DNA of 64,000 nt from Squalus acanthias (taxonomy: Eukaryota): assembly GCA_030390025.1 (NCBI GenBank), contig CM059431.1, forward strand, positions 137,952,001-138,016,000. The letters are read 5' to 3'. Shown here in pieces: positions 1 to 13,600 of the stretch (position 1 is the first letter of the stretch; the number at the start of each line of letters is the position of its first letter). The position numbers and the translations under genes were made by a program. The notes under the pieces are model-generated. The model made no database searches. It worked only from the letters and a program-made list of their open reading frames with translations, and was not told the DNA's origin.

Positions 1-1152
1 CAATAATTAGGCTTGTTAGCAAAAATTAAGCCCAAGGCATAAAAGAGACACCAGCATGAATAAAAAAACTGACTAAGAGACAGAAAGCAGAGAGTTGTGG
101 TGAATGGTTGTTTTGAGGACTGAAGGGAGGTATAGAGTGTCGTTCCCCAAGTTTCAGTACTGGGGCCACTGTTGTGTTTGATTCACATTAATGACTTGGA
201 TTTGGAGGTACTGGGCACAATTTCGATATTTTCAGATAGCACGAAACTTGTAAGTGTAGTAAACAGTTAGGAAGATAGTTTTAGACTTCAAGAGAACATA
301 GACAGACTGGTGGAAGGACGGTAACATGACAGATAAAATTCAGCGGAAAGAAGTCTGAGGTGAAACAATTTGGTACGAGGATGAGGGGAGACCATACATA
401 CTAAACGGCACAATGTTAAAGAGGGTGCAAGAACAGAGAGACCTGGGGGAGTTTTCACAAATGTTTGAGGTTGGCTGCACAGGTTAACAGAGCAGTTAAT
501 AAAGCACATGGGATCCTTAGCTGTATAAATAGAGCCATGGAGTACACAAGCCAAGAAGTTATTCTAAGTCTGTATAAATCATCAGGTCGGCCCCAGCTGG
601 AGAACTGTATCCAATTCTGGGAACAACACTTTCGGAATGACGTGAATTTGGAGAGGGCACAGAAGTGAGTTACTAGAACGGCTCCAGGGATAAAGGATAT
701 ACAGTTACGTGGTTAGACTGTGGAAGCTGGGTTTGTTCTCCTTTGAGCAGAGAAGGACAAGAGGAGATTTCATCGAGGTGTTAAAATCATGAAGGGTTCA
801 GATAGAGTCAATGGAAAGTAACTGTTTACAATGGCTGAAGGGTCGATAACCAGAGGGGTCAGATTAAATGTGATTGAAAAAATAAATAGAATCTACTTGA
901 GGAAAAACCTTTTTTCGCAACGAGTGGCTTGTATTTGGAATGTACTGCCTGATAGGGTGTGGATACAGATTCAAAAGTAGCCTTTAAAAGCGTATTGGGA
1001 AAATACTTGAAGGAGACAAAATTGCAGAGATATCGGGAAAGAGCGGGGGAGTGGGCCTAACATGATTGTTCTTCGAAAGAGCCGGCGCAGACTCGATGGG
1101 CCGAATGGCCTCCTTCGGTGCTGTACTCTTCTCTGATTCTATGATCTTATGA
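1..1152 (+). mobile_element. CR1-type LINE, degenerate 3' part of ORF2 (RT domain and downstream) plus 3' UTR
   Basis: Broken frames give RT-like text (VPQ-SVLGPLL, INDLD, QRDLG). ORF 465-668 reads KAHGILSCINRAMEY...RPQLENCIQFW. The 3' end reads GATGGGCCGAATGGCCTCCTTC...TTCTATGATCTTATGA. Confidence 0.9.
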
Positions 1153-1271
1153 GTGAAACAAAATTTGCTTTGATAACGCACTGCTCAAATGACAACCCAT
1201 GTTGCAATATTTCCTCAGTTACATCTGATAGTAATCATGGTTATCAGAATGGCATCGGCTTCCTGCTAGGG

Positions 1272-1634
1272 ACATAGGAGAAATAATAGGTAATTGGCTC
1301 CTCGAGCCTGTTGCGCCATTCAATGAGATAATGGCTGATCTGTAAGCTAACTCCATATACCCGAATTTACCCCACATAATATAAATCTGTCACTTTAAGA
1401 TTTAAAATTAACATTATCAATCCCTCCATGGCAGATAGGTCCTTCCTAAGGTGTGTTGCCCAGAACTGAACACAGTTCCCCAGGTGTGGTCGAACGAGGG
1501 TTTCGTTTGGATCTAGCATAACTTCTACCCCCTTGTATTCTTGTCTTTTAGAAAGAAAGGAGAGCATTTAATTAGCCTAATTGATTCGTACATGGACCGC
1601 GAATTCTCTTTGGACCTTCACTGCTTCTAGCTTT
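1272..1634 (-). mobile_element. CR1-type LINE fragment with internal deletions; apparent host of the satellite
   Basis: Reverse-oriented 3' tail at 1272-1380 (CTCGAGCCTG..GCCATTCAATGAGATAATGGCTGATCT) matches the tail at 61826-61930. ORF 1367-1567(-) reads EYKGVEVML...LVRPHLGNCVQFW. 1586-1633(-) translates KLEAVKVQREFAVHVR. Confidence 0.85.
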
Positions 1635-4600
1635 GGAACGTCAATGTTTCTAGCTTTGGACCTTCACTTTTTTAAGTTTGGACCTCCACTGTTTCTAGCT
1701 TTAGACCGTCACTGTTTCCAGCTTTGGACCTTCACTCTTTATAGCTTTGGACGTCTACTGTTTCTAGCTTTGGACCTTCACTGTTTCTAGCTTTGGACAT
1801 TTACTATTGCTGGTTTTGGAACTCCACTGTTTCTAGCTTTGGACCTCCAGTGTTTCTAGCTTTGGACGTACAGAGTTTCTAGATTTGGATATTCACTGTT
1901 TGTAACTTTGGACTTTCACTGTTTCGAGCTTTGGACCTCCACTGTTTCAAGATTTGGACCTCCACTGTTTCAAGCTTTGGACCTCCACTGTTTCTACCTT
2001 TGGACCTTCACTGTTTCTAGCTTTGGACCTTCACTGGTTCTAGATATGGAACTTCACTATTTCTAGCTTTGGATCTCCACTCTTTCTAGCTTTGTACCTT
2101 CACTGTTTCTAGCTTTGGCCCTTCACTCTCTCAAGCTGTGGTCCTCCACTGTTTCTAGCTCTGGAGCTCCACTCTTGCTGGCTTTGGAGCTCCACTCTTT
2201 CTAGCTTTGGACTTTCACTGTCTCTAGCTGTGGACCTCCACTGTTTCTAGCTTTCGACCTTCACTGTTTCTGGCTTTGAACCTTCACTGTTTCTAGCTTT
2301 GGACCAGAACTGCTTCTAGCTGTCGACCTTCACTGTTTCTAGCTTTGGACCTCCACTGTTTTTAGCTTTCGACCAAAACTCTTTCTAGCTTTGGACCTTA
2401 ACAGTTTCTAGATTTGTAGATTCACTATTTCTAACTTTGGACCTTCACTGTTTCTGGCTTTGGACCTTCACTGTTTCTAGCTTTGGACCTTCACTGTTTA
2501 TAGCTTTGGACGTAGAGTGTTTCTAGATTTGGACATTCACTGTTTCTAACGTTGGAACTTCACTGTTTCTGGCTTTGGACCATCACTGTTTCTAGCTTTG
2601 GAACTCCACTGTTTCTAGCTTTGGACCTCCACTGTTTCTAGCTTTGGACCTTCACTGTGTCTAGATTTGGACCTTCACAGTTTCTAGTTTTGGATCTCAA
2701 TTGTTTCTTACTTTGGACCTTCACTCTTTCTAGCTTTGGACCTTCAATATTTCTAGCTTTGGACCACGACTGTTTCTAGCTTTGGACCATCACACTTTCT
2801 AGCTTTGGAACTTCACTGTTTTTAGCTTTGGATCTTCACTGTTTTTAGCTTTGGACCTTCACCGTTTCTAGCTTTGGACCTTCACTGTTTCTAGCTTTGG
2901 ACCTCCACTGTTTCTAGCTTTGGACCTCCACTGTTTCTAGCTTTGGACCTCCACTGTTTCTAGCTTTGGACCAACACTGTTTCTAGCTTTGGACCTTCAC
3001 TGTTTCTGGCTTTGGACCTTCACTGTTTCTTACATTCGACCTTCACTGTTTCCAGCTTTGGATCTCCACTGTTACCAGCTTTGGACCTTCACTATTTCTA
3101 GCTTTGGACCTCCACTGTTTCTAGCTTTGGACCTTCACTCTTTCTAGTTTTGGAACTCCACAGTTTCCAACTCTGGACCTTCACTGTTTCTAGCTTTGGA
3201 CCTCCGCTATTTCTAGCTTTGCACCTTCACTGTTGCTAGCTTTGGACATCCACTGTTTCTAGCTTTGGTGCTCAGCTATTTCTAGCTTTGAATCTTCACT
3301 GTATCTAGCTTTGGACCACCACTGTATAGCTTTGGACCACCACTGTTTCTAGCTTTGGACCTTCACTGTTTTTGGCTTTGGACCTTCACTGTTTCTAACT
3401 TTCGACCTTCACTGTTTACAGATTTGGACCTCCACTGTTTCCAGCTTTAGACCTCCACTGTTTCTACCTTTGAACATTCACTGTTTCCAGCTTTGGACCT
3501 TCACTGTTGCTAGCTTTGGAACTCCATTGCTTCTAGCTTTGGACCGCTACTGTTTCAAGCTTTGGACCAACGCTGTTTCTAGCTTTGGACCTTCACTGTT
3601 TCTAGCTTTGGACCAACACTGTTTCTAGATTTGGAAGTTCACTATTTCTGGCTTTGGATCTCCACACTTTCTAGCTTTGGACCTCCACTGTTTCTTGCTT
3701 TGTACCTTCGCTATTTCGAGCTTTGGCCCTTCACTCTCTCTAGCTTTGGACATCCACTGTTTCTAGCTTTGGACCTCCACTGGTTCGAGCTTTGGACCTT
3801 CACTGTTTCTAGCTTTGGACATCCACTGTTTGTAGCATTGGACAAAAACTGTTTCTAACTTTGGACCTTCAACGTTTCTAGCTTTGGACCTCCACTGTTA
3901 CTAGCTTTGGACATCCACTGTTTCTAGCTTTGGACCTTCACTGTTTCTAGCTTTGGACATCCACTGTTTGTAGCATTGGACCTCCAATGTTTCTAGCTTT
4001 GGACCTTCACTCTTTCTAGCTTTGGAACTTCACTTTGTTTAGCTTTGGATCTTCACTGTTTTTAGCTTTGGACCTTCACCGTTTCTAGCTTTGGACGTCC
4101 ACTGTTTGTAGCTTTGGACCTTCATTGTTTCTAGCTTTGGACCTCCGCTATTTCTAGCTTTGGACCTTCACTGTTTCTAGCTTTGGACCTCCACTGTTTC
4201 CAGCTTTGGACCTCCACTGTTTCTAGCTTTGGACCAACACTGTTTCTAGCTTTGGACCTTCACTGTTTCTGGCTTTGAACCTTCACTGTTTCTTACATTC
4301 GACCTTCACAGTTTGCAGCTTTGGATCTCCACTGTTTCCAGCTTTGGACCTTCACTGTTTCTAGCTTAGGACCTCCATCATTTCTAGCTTTGAACATTCA
4401 CTGTTTCCAGCTTTGGACCTTCACTGTTTCTAGCTTTGGACATCCACTGTTTGTAGCATTGGACAAAAACTGTTTCTAACTTTGGACCTTCAACGTTTCT
4501 AGCTTTGGACCTCCATCATTTCTAGCTTTGAACATTCACTGTTTCCAGCTTTGGACCTTCACTGTTTCTAGCTTTGGACCTCCATTGGTTCTAGCTTTGG

Positions 4601-7600
4601 ACCTCTACTGTTTCAAGCTTTCTACCAACACTGTTTCTAGCTTTGGACCTTCACTATTTCCAGCTTTGGACCAACAGTGTTTCTAGCTTTGGAACTTCAC
4701 TGTTTCTAACTTTGGACCTCCACTGTTTCTAGATTGGGAACTTCACTATTTCTAGCTTCGGACCTCCACTGTTTCTAGCTTTGACCTTCACTGTGTATAG
4801 ATTTGGAACTTCACTATTTCTAGCTTTGGACCTCCACTGTTTCTAGATTGGGAACTTCACTATTTCTAGCTTTGGACCTCCACTGTTTCTAGCTTTGGAC
4901 GTCCACCATATCTAGCTTTGAACAATCACTGTTTCTAGCTTTGGACCTCCACTGTTTCTAGCTTTGGACCTCTACTGTTTCTAGCTTTGGACCAACACTG
5001 TTTCTAGCTTTGGTCCTTCACTGTTTCTAGCTTTGGACCTTCACTCTTTCTAACTTTGGACCTCCACTGTTTCTAGCTTTGGACCTCCACTGTTTCTAGC
5101 TTTGGACCTCCACTGTTTCTAGCTTTGGACCTTCACTGTTTCTAGCTTTGGACCACCATTGTTTCTAGCTTTGGAACTTCACTGTGTCTAGCTTTGGATC
5201 TCCACTGTTTCTAGCTTTAGACCTCCACTGTTTCTAGATTGGAAACTTCGCTATTTCTAGCTTTGGTCATCCACTGTTTCTAGCTTGACCTTCACTGTGT
5301 CTAGCTTTGGATCTTCACAGTTTCTAGATTTGGATCTCAATTTTTTCTTACTTTCGAGCTCCACTCTCTCTAGCTTTCGTCCTTCACTGTCTCTAGCTTT
5401 GGACCTTCACTTTATCTAGCTTTGGACCTCCACTGTTTATAGCTTTGGACCTCTACTGTTTGTAGCTTTGGACCTCCTCTGTTTCTAGCTTTGGACCTCC
5501 ACTCTTTCTAGCTTTGGACCTCCACTGTTTCTAGATTTGGACCACCACTGTTTCTAGCATTGGACCTCCACTGTTTCTAGCTTTGGACCTCCACTGTTTC
5601 TTAATTTGGAGCTTCACTGTTTCTAGCTTAGGATGTCCAGGCTTTCTAGCTTTGGACCTCCACTGTTCCAAGCGTTGGATCTCCACTCTTTCTAGCTTTG
5701 GAGCTCCACTCTTTCTAGCTTTGGACTTTCACTGTCTCTAGGCTTGGATCTTAATTGTTTCGTACTTTGAAACTTCACTGTTTCTAGCTTTGGATCTTCA
5801 CTGTTTCTAGCTTTGGACCTTTACTGTTTCTAGCTTTGGACCTCCACTGTCTCTAGCTTTGGACCTTCACTGTCTCTAGCTTTGCACCTTCAATGTATCT
5901 AGATTTGGACCTCCTCTGTTTCTAGCTTTGGACCTCTACTGTTTGTAGCTTTGGACCTCCACTGTTTCTAGCTTTGGACCTTCACTGTGTCTAGCTTTGG
6001 ACCTTCACTGTTTCTAGCTTTGGACCACCATTGTTTCCAGCTTTGGACCTTCACTGTGTCTAGCTTTGGATCTCCACTGTTTCTAGCTTTAGACCTCCAC
6101 TGTTTCTAGATTGGAAACTTCTCTATTTCTAGCTTTGGACATCCACTGTTTCTAGCTTTGACCTTCACTGTGTCTAGCTTTGGATCTTCACAGTTTCTAG
6201 ATTTGGACCTTCACTGTTTCTAGCTTTGGACCTTCACTGTGTCTAGCTTTGGATCTCCACTGTTTCTAGCTTTAGACCTCCACTGTTTCTAGATTGGAAA
6301 CTTCTCTATTTCTAGCTTTGGACATCCACTGTTTCTAGCTTTGACCTTCACTGTGTCTAGCTTTGGATCTTCACAGTTTCTAGATTTGGACCTTCACTGT
6401 TTCTAGCTTTGGACCTTCACTGTGTCTAGCTTTGGATCTCCACTGTTTCTAGCTTTAGACCTCCACTGTTTCTAGATTGGAAACTTCTCTATTTCTAGCT
6501 TTGGACATCCACTGTTTCTAGCTTTGACCTTCACTGTGTCTAGCTTTGGATCTTCACAGTTTCTAGATTTGGACCTTCACTGTTTCTAGCTTTGAACCTC
6601 CACCATTTCTAGCTTTAAACAATCACTGTTTCTAGCTTTGGACCTCCACTGTTTCCAGCTTTGGACCTCCACTGTTTCTAGCTTTGGACCAAAACTGTTT
6701 CTAGCTTTGCACCTTCACTGTTTCTAGCTTTGCACCTTCACTGTTGCTAACTTTGGACCTTCACTGTTTCCAGCTTTGGACCTATACTGTTTCTAGCTTT
6801 GGTGCTCCACTGTTTCTAGCTTTGGACCTTCACTGTTTCTAGCTTTGAACCATCACTATTTCTAGCTTGAAACTTTCACTGTTTCCTGCTATGGACCTTC
6901 ACTATTTCTAGCGTTGGACCCTTATTGCTTCTAGCTTTGGATCCTCTACAGTTTCTAGCTTTGGACACACACTGTTTCTAGCTTTGGACCTGCCTTGTTT
7001 CTAGCTTTGGATCTTCACTGTTTCAAGCTTTGGAGCTCCACTCTTTCTAGCTTTGGAGCTCCACTCTTTCTAGCTTTGGAGCTCCACTCTTTCTAGCTTT
7101 GGACTTTCACTGTCTCTAGGTTTGGATCTTAATTGTTTCGTACTTTGAAACTTCACTGTTTCTAGCTTTGGATCTTCATTGTTTCTAGCTTTGGACCTTT
7201 ACTGTTTCTAGCTTTGGACCTCCACTGTCTCTAGCTTTGGACCTTCACTGTCTCTAGCTTTGCACCTTCAATGTATCTTGATTTGGACCTCCTCTGTTTC
7301 TAGCTTTGGACCTCTACTGTTTGTAGCTTTGGACCTCCACTGTTTCTAGCTTTGGACCTTCACTGTGTCTAGCTTTGGACCTTCACTGTTTCTAGCTTTG
7401 GACCACCATTGTTTCCAGCTTTGGACCTTCACTGTGTCTAGCTTTGGATCTCCACTGTTTCTAGCTTTAGACCTCCACTGTTTCTAGATTGGAAACTTCT
7501 CTATTTCTAGCTTTGGACATCCACTGTTTCTAGCTTTGACCTTCACTGTGTCTAGCTTTGGATCTTCACAGTTTCTAGATTTGGACCTTCACTGTTTCTA

Positions 7601-10600
7601 GCTTTGGACCTTCACTGTGTCTAGCTTTGGATCTCCACTGTTTCAAGCTTTGGAGCTCCACTCTTTCTAGCTTTGGAGCTCCACTCTTTCTAGCTTTGGA
7701 CTTTCACTGTCTCTAGCTTTGGATCTTAATTGTTTCGTACTTTGAAACGTCACTGTTTGTAGCTTTGGATCTTCACTGTTTCTAGCTTTGGACCTCCACT
7801 GTTTCTAGCTTTGGACCTCCACTGTTTCTTAATTTGGAGCTTCACTGTTTCTAGCTTAGGATGTCCAGGCTTTCTAGCTTTGGACCTCCACTGTTTCAAG
7901 CGTTGGATCTCCACTCTTTCTAGCTTTGGAGCTCCACTCTTTCTAGCTTTGGACTTTCACTGTCTCTAGCTTTGGATCTTAATTGTTTCGTACTTTGAAA
8001 CTTCACTGTTTCTAGCTTTGGATCTTCACTGTTTCTAGCTTTGGACCTTCACTGTTTCTAGCTTTGGACCTCCACTGTCTCTAGCTTTGGACCTTCACCG
8101 TCTCTAGCTTTGCACCTTCAATGTATCTAGCTTTGGACCTCATCTGTTTCTAGCTTTGGACCTCTACTGTTTGTAGCTTTGGACCTCCACTGTTTCTAGC
8201 TTTGGACCTTCACTGTGTCTAGCTTTGGACCTTCACTGTTTCTAGCTTTGGACCACCATTGTTTCCAGCTTTGGACCTTCACTGTGTCTAGCTTTGGATC
8301 TCCACTGTTTCTAGCTTTAGACCTCCACTGTTTCTAGATTGGAAACTTCACTATTTCTAGCTTTGGACATCCACTGTTTCTAGCCTTGGACCTTCAGTGT
8401 GTCTAGCTTTGGATCTTCACAGTTTCTAGATTTGGACCTTCACTGTTTCTAGCTTTGAACCTCCACCATTTCTAGCTTTAAACAATCACTGTTTCTAGCT
8501 TTGGACCTCCACTGTTTCTAGCTTTGGACCTCCACTGTTTCTAGCTTTGGACCAAAACTGTTTCTAGCTTTGGACCTTCACTGTTTCTAGCTTTGCACCT
8601 TCACTGTTGCTAACTTTGGACCTTCACTGTTTCCAGCTTTGGACCTCCACTGTTTCTAGCTTTGGTGCTCCACTGTTTCTAGCTTTGGACCTTCACTGTT
8701 TCTAGCTTTGAACCATCACCATTTCTAGCTTGAAACTTTCACTGTTTCCTGCTATGGACCTTCACTATTTCTAGCGTTGGACCCTTATTGCTTCTAGCTT
8801 TGGATCCTCTACAGTTTCTAGCTTTGGACACACACTGTTTCTAGCTTTGGACCTCCCTTGTTTCTAGCTTTGGATCTTCACTGTTTCAAGCTTTGGAGCT
8901 CCACTCTTTCTAGCTTTGGAGCTCCACTCTTTCTAGCTTTGGACTTTCACTGTCTCTAGCTTTGGATCTTAATTGTTTCGTACTTTGAAACTTCACTGTT
9001 TCTAGCTTTGGATCTTCACTGTTTCTAGCTTTGGACCTTCACTGTTTCTAGCTTTGAACCTCCACCATTTCTAGCTTTAAACAATCACTGTTTCTAGCTT
9101 TGGACCTCCACTGTTTCTAGCTTTGGACCTCCACTGTTTCTAGCTTTGGACCAAAACTGTTTCTAGCTTTGGACCTTCACTGTTTCTAGCTTTGCACCTT
9201 CACTGTTTCTAACTTTGGACCTTCACTGTTTCCAGCTTTGGACCTCCACTGTTTCTAGCTTTGGATCTTCACTGTTTCTAGCTTTGGACCTTCACTGTTT
9301 CTAGCTTTGAACCATCACCATTTCTAGCTTGAAACTTTCACTGTTTCCTGCTATGGACCTTCACTATTTCTAGCGTTGGACCCTTATTGCTTCTAGCTTT
9401 GGATCCTCTACAGTTTCTAGCTTTGGACCTCCCTTGTTTCTAGCTTTGGATCTTCACTGTGTCTAGCTTTGGACCGCCACTCTTTCTAGATTGGGATCTT
9501 CACTATTTCTAGCTTCGGACCTCCACTGTTTCTAGCTTTGACCTTCACTGTGTCCAGATTTGGAACTTCACTATTTCTAGCTTTGGACCTCCACTGTTTC
9601 TAGATTGGGAACTTCACTATTTCTAGCTTTGGACCTCCACTGTTTCTAGATTGGTAACTTCACTATTTCTAGCTTCGGATCTCCACTGTTTCTAGATTTG
9701 GACCTCCACTGGTTCTAGATTGGGAACTTCACTATTTCTAGCTTTGAACAATCACTGTTTCTAGCTTTGGACCTCCACTGTTTCTAGCTTTGGACCTCAA
9801 CTGTTTCTAGCTTTGGACCAACACTGTTTCTAGCTTTGGACCTTCACTGATTCTAGCTTTGGACCTTCACTCTTTCTAACTTTGGACCTCCACTGTTTCT
9901 AGCTTTGGACCTCCACTGTTTCTAGCTTTGGACGTTCACTGCGTCTAGCTTTGGACCTCCACTGTTTCTAGGTTTGGACCTTCACTGTTTCTAGCTTTGG
10001 ACCACCATTGTTTCTAGCTTTGGACCTTCACTGTGTCTAGCTTTGGATCTCCACTGTTTCTAGCTTTAGACCTCCACTGTTTCTAGATTGGAAACTTCAC
10101 TATTTCTAGATTTGGACCTCCACTGTTTCTAGATTTGAAACTTAACAGTTCTAGCTTCGGATCTCCACTGTTTCTAGCTTTGACCTTCACTGTGTCTAGC
10201 TTTGGACCTTCACAGTTTCTAGATTTGGATCTCAATTTTTTCTTACTTTCGAGCTCCACTCTCTCTAGCTTTCGTCCTTTCCTGTCTCTAGCTCTGGACC
10301 TTCACTTTATCTAGCTTTGGACCTCCACTGTTTCTAGCTTTGGATCTCTACTGTTTGTAGCTTTGGACCTCCTCTGTTTCTAGCTTTGGACCTCCACTGT
10401 TTCTAGCTTTGGACCTCCACTGTTTCTAGATTTGGACCACCACTGTTTCTAGCTTTGGACCTCCACTGTTTCTAGCTTTGGACCTCCACTGTTTCTAGAT
10501 TTGGACGTTCACTGTTTCTAGCTTAGGATTTCCAGGCTTTCTAGCTTTGGACCTCCACTGTTTCAAGCTTTGGAGCTCCACTCTATCCAGCTTTGGACTT

Positions 10601-13600
10601 TCACTGTCTCTAGCTTTGGATCTTAATTGTTTCGTACTTTGAAACTTCACTGTTTCTAGCTTTGGATCTTCACTGTTTCTAGCTTTGGACCTTCACTGTT
10701 TCTAGCTTTGGACCTCCACTTTCTCTAGCTTTGGACCTTCACTGTCTCTAGCTTTGCACCTTCAATGTAGCTAGCTTTGGACCTCCGCTGTTTCTAGCTT
10801 TGGACCTCTACTGTTTGTAGCTTTGGACCTCCACTCTTTCAAGCTTTGGACCTTCACTGTTTCTAGCTTTGGTCCTCTACTGTTTGTAGCTTTGGACCTC
10901 CACTGTTTCTAGCTTTTGACCTCCACTGTTTCTAGATTTGGACGTCCACTGATTCTAACTTTGGACCTTCACTTTTTCTAGATTTGGAACTTCACTATTT
11001 CTAGCTTTGGCCCTTCACTCTCTCCAGCTTTGGACCTCCACTGTTTCCAGCTTAGGAGCTCCACTCTTTCTAGCTTTGGAGCTCCTCCCTTTCTAGCTTT
11101 GGACTTTCACTGTGTCTAGCTTTGGAACTTCACTGTTTCTGGCTTTCGACCATCACTGTTTCTAGCTTTCGACCTCCACTGCTTCTAGATTGGAAACTTC
11201 ACTATTTCTAGCTTTGGACCTCCACTCTTTCTAGATTGGGAACTTCACTATTTCTAGCTTCGGACCTCCACTGTTTCTAGCTTTGACCTTCAATGTGTCT
11301 AGATTTGGAACTTCACTATTTCTAGCTTTGGACCTCCACTGGTTCTAGATTGGGAACTTCACTATTTCTAGCTTTGGACCTCCACTGTTTCTAGATTGGG
11401 AACTTCACTATTTCTAGCTTCGGATCTCCACTGTTTCTAGCTTTGGACCTTCACTGTTTCTAGCTTTGGACGTCCAACATTTCTAGCTTTGAACAATCAC
11501 TGTGTCTAGCTTTGGACCTCCACTATTTCTAGCTTTGGACCTCTACTGTTTCTAGCTTTGGACCTTCTCTCTTTCTAGTTTCGGAACTCCACATTTTCAA
11601 CTCTGGACCTTGACTGTTTCTAGCTTTGGACCTCCGCTATTTCTAGCTTTGGACCTTCACTGATTCTAGCTTTGGACCTCCACTGTTTCTAGCTTTGGTG
11701 CTCAGCTATTTCTAGCTTTGGATCTTCAGTGTATCTAGCTTTGGACCACCATTGTTTCTAGCTTTGGACCTCCACTGTTTCTAGCTTTGGACCTTTACTG
11801 TTTCTTGCTTTGGACCACCACTCTTTCTAGCCTTGGACCTCCACTATTGCAAGCTTTGGAACTCCAATGTTTCATGCTTGGGACCTCCACTGTTTCTAGC
11901 TTTGGGTCACAACTGTTTCTAGCTTTGGACCATCGCTGTTTCTAGCTTTGGATCTCCACTGTTTCTAGCTTTGGACCTTCACTGTTTCTAGCTTTGGAAC
12001 GTCACTGTTTCTAGCTTTGGATCTTCACTGTCTCTAGTTTTGGAACGTCACTGTTTCTAGCTTTGGACCTTCACTGTGTCTAGCTTTGGATCTCCAATCT
12101 TTCTCGCTTTGGACCACCAGTGTTTCTAGATTTGGATCAGCACTGTTTCTAGCTTTGGAGCACCACTGTTTCTAGCTTTGGACCTTCACTGTTTCTAGCT
12201 TTGGAACTTCACAGTTTCTAGCTTTGGATCTCCACTATTTCTAGCTTTGGACCTTCACTGTTTCTACCTTTGGACCTCCACTGCTTCTAGCTTTGGACCT
12301 TCACTGTTTCTAGCTTTGGACCTTCACTGTTTCTAGCTTTGGACCTTCACTGTTTCTAGCTTTGGACCTTCACTCTTTCTAACTTTGGACCTCCACTGTT
12401 TCTAGCTTTGGACCTCCACTGTTTCTAGCTTTGGACGTTCACTGCGTCTAGCTTTGGACCTCCACTGTTTCTAGGTTTGGACCTTCACTGTTTCTAGCTT
12501 TGGAGCACCATTGTTTCTAGCTTTGGACCTTCACTGTGTCTAGCTTTGGATCTCCACTGTTTCTAGCTTTAGACCTCCACTGTTTCTAGATTGGAAACTT
12601 CACTATTTCTAGCTTTGGACCTCCACTGTTTCTAGATTTGAAACTTAACAGTTCTAGCTTCGGATCTCCACTGTTTCTAGCTTTGACCTTCACTGTGTGT
12701 AGCTTTGGACCTTCACAGTTTCTAGATTTGGATCTCAATTTTTTCTTACTTTCGAGCTCCACTCTCTCTAGCTTTCGTCCTTTACTGTCTCTAGCTCTGG
12801 ACCTTCACTTTATCTAGCTTTGGACCTCCACTGTTTCTAGCTTTGGATCTCTACTGTTTGTAGCTTTGGACCTCCTCTGTTTCTAGCTTTGGACCTCCAC
12901 TGTTTCTAGCTTTGGACCTCCACTGTTTCTAGATTTGGACCACTACTGTTTCTAGCTTTGGACCTCCACTGTTTCTAGCTTTGGACCTCCACTGTTTCTA
13001 GATTTGGACGTTCACTGTTTCTAGCTTAGGATTTCCAGGCTTTCTAGCTTTGGACCTCCACTGTTTCAAGCTTTGGAGCTCCACTCTTTCCAGCTTTGGA
13101 CTTTCACTGTCTCTAGCTTTGGATCTTAATTGTTTCTTACTTTGAAACTTCACTGTTTCTAGCTTTGGATCTTCACTGTTTCTAGCTTTGGACCTTCACT
13201 GTTTCTAGCTTTGGACCTCCACTTTCTCTAGCTTTGGACCTTCACTGTCTCTAGCTTTGCACCTTCAATGTAGCTAGCTTTGGACCTCCGCTGTTTCTAG
13301 CTTTGGACCTCTACTGTTTGTAGCTTTGGACCTCCACTCTTTCAAGCTTTGGACCTTCACTGTTTCTAGCTTTGGTCCTCTACTGTTTGTAGCTTTGGAC
13401 CTCCACTGTTTCTAGCTTTTGACCTCCACTGTTTCTAGATTTGGACGTCCACTGATTCTAACTTTGGACCTTCACTTTTTCTAGATTTGGAACTTCACTA
13501 TTTCTAGCTTTGGCCCTTCACTCTCTCCAGCTTTGGACCTCCACTGTTTCCAGCTTAGGAGCTCCACTCTTTCTAGCTTTGGAGCTCCTCCCTTTCTAGC

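Noticed and set aside
1608..1631. Nuclear-receptor (HNF4/DR1)-like site CTTTGGACCT in the monomer
   Set aside because: Only half the motif matches, and the sequence is explained by its LINE origin.
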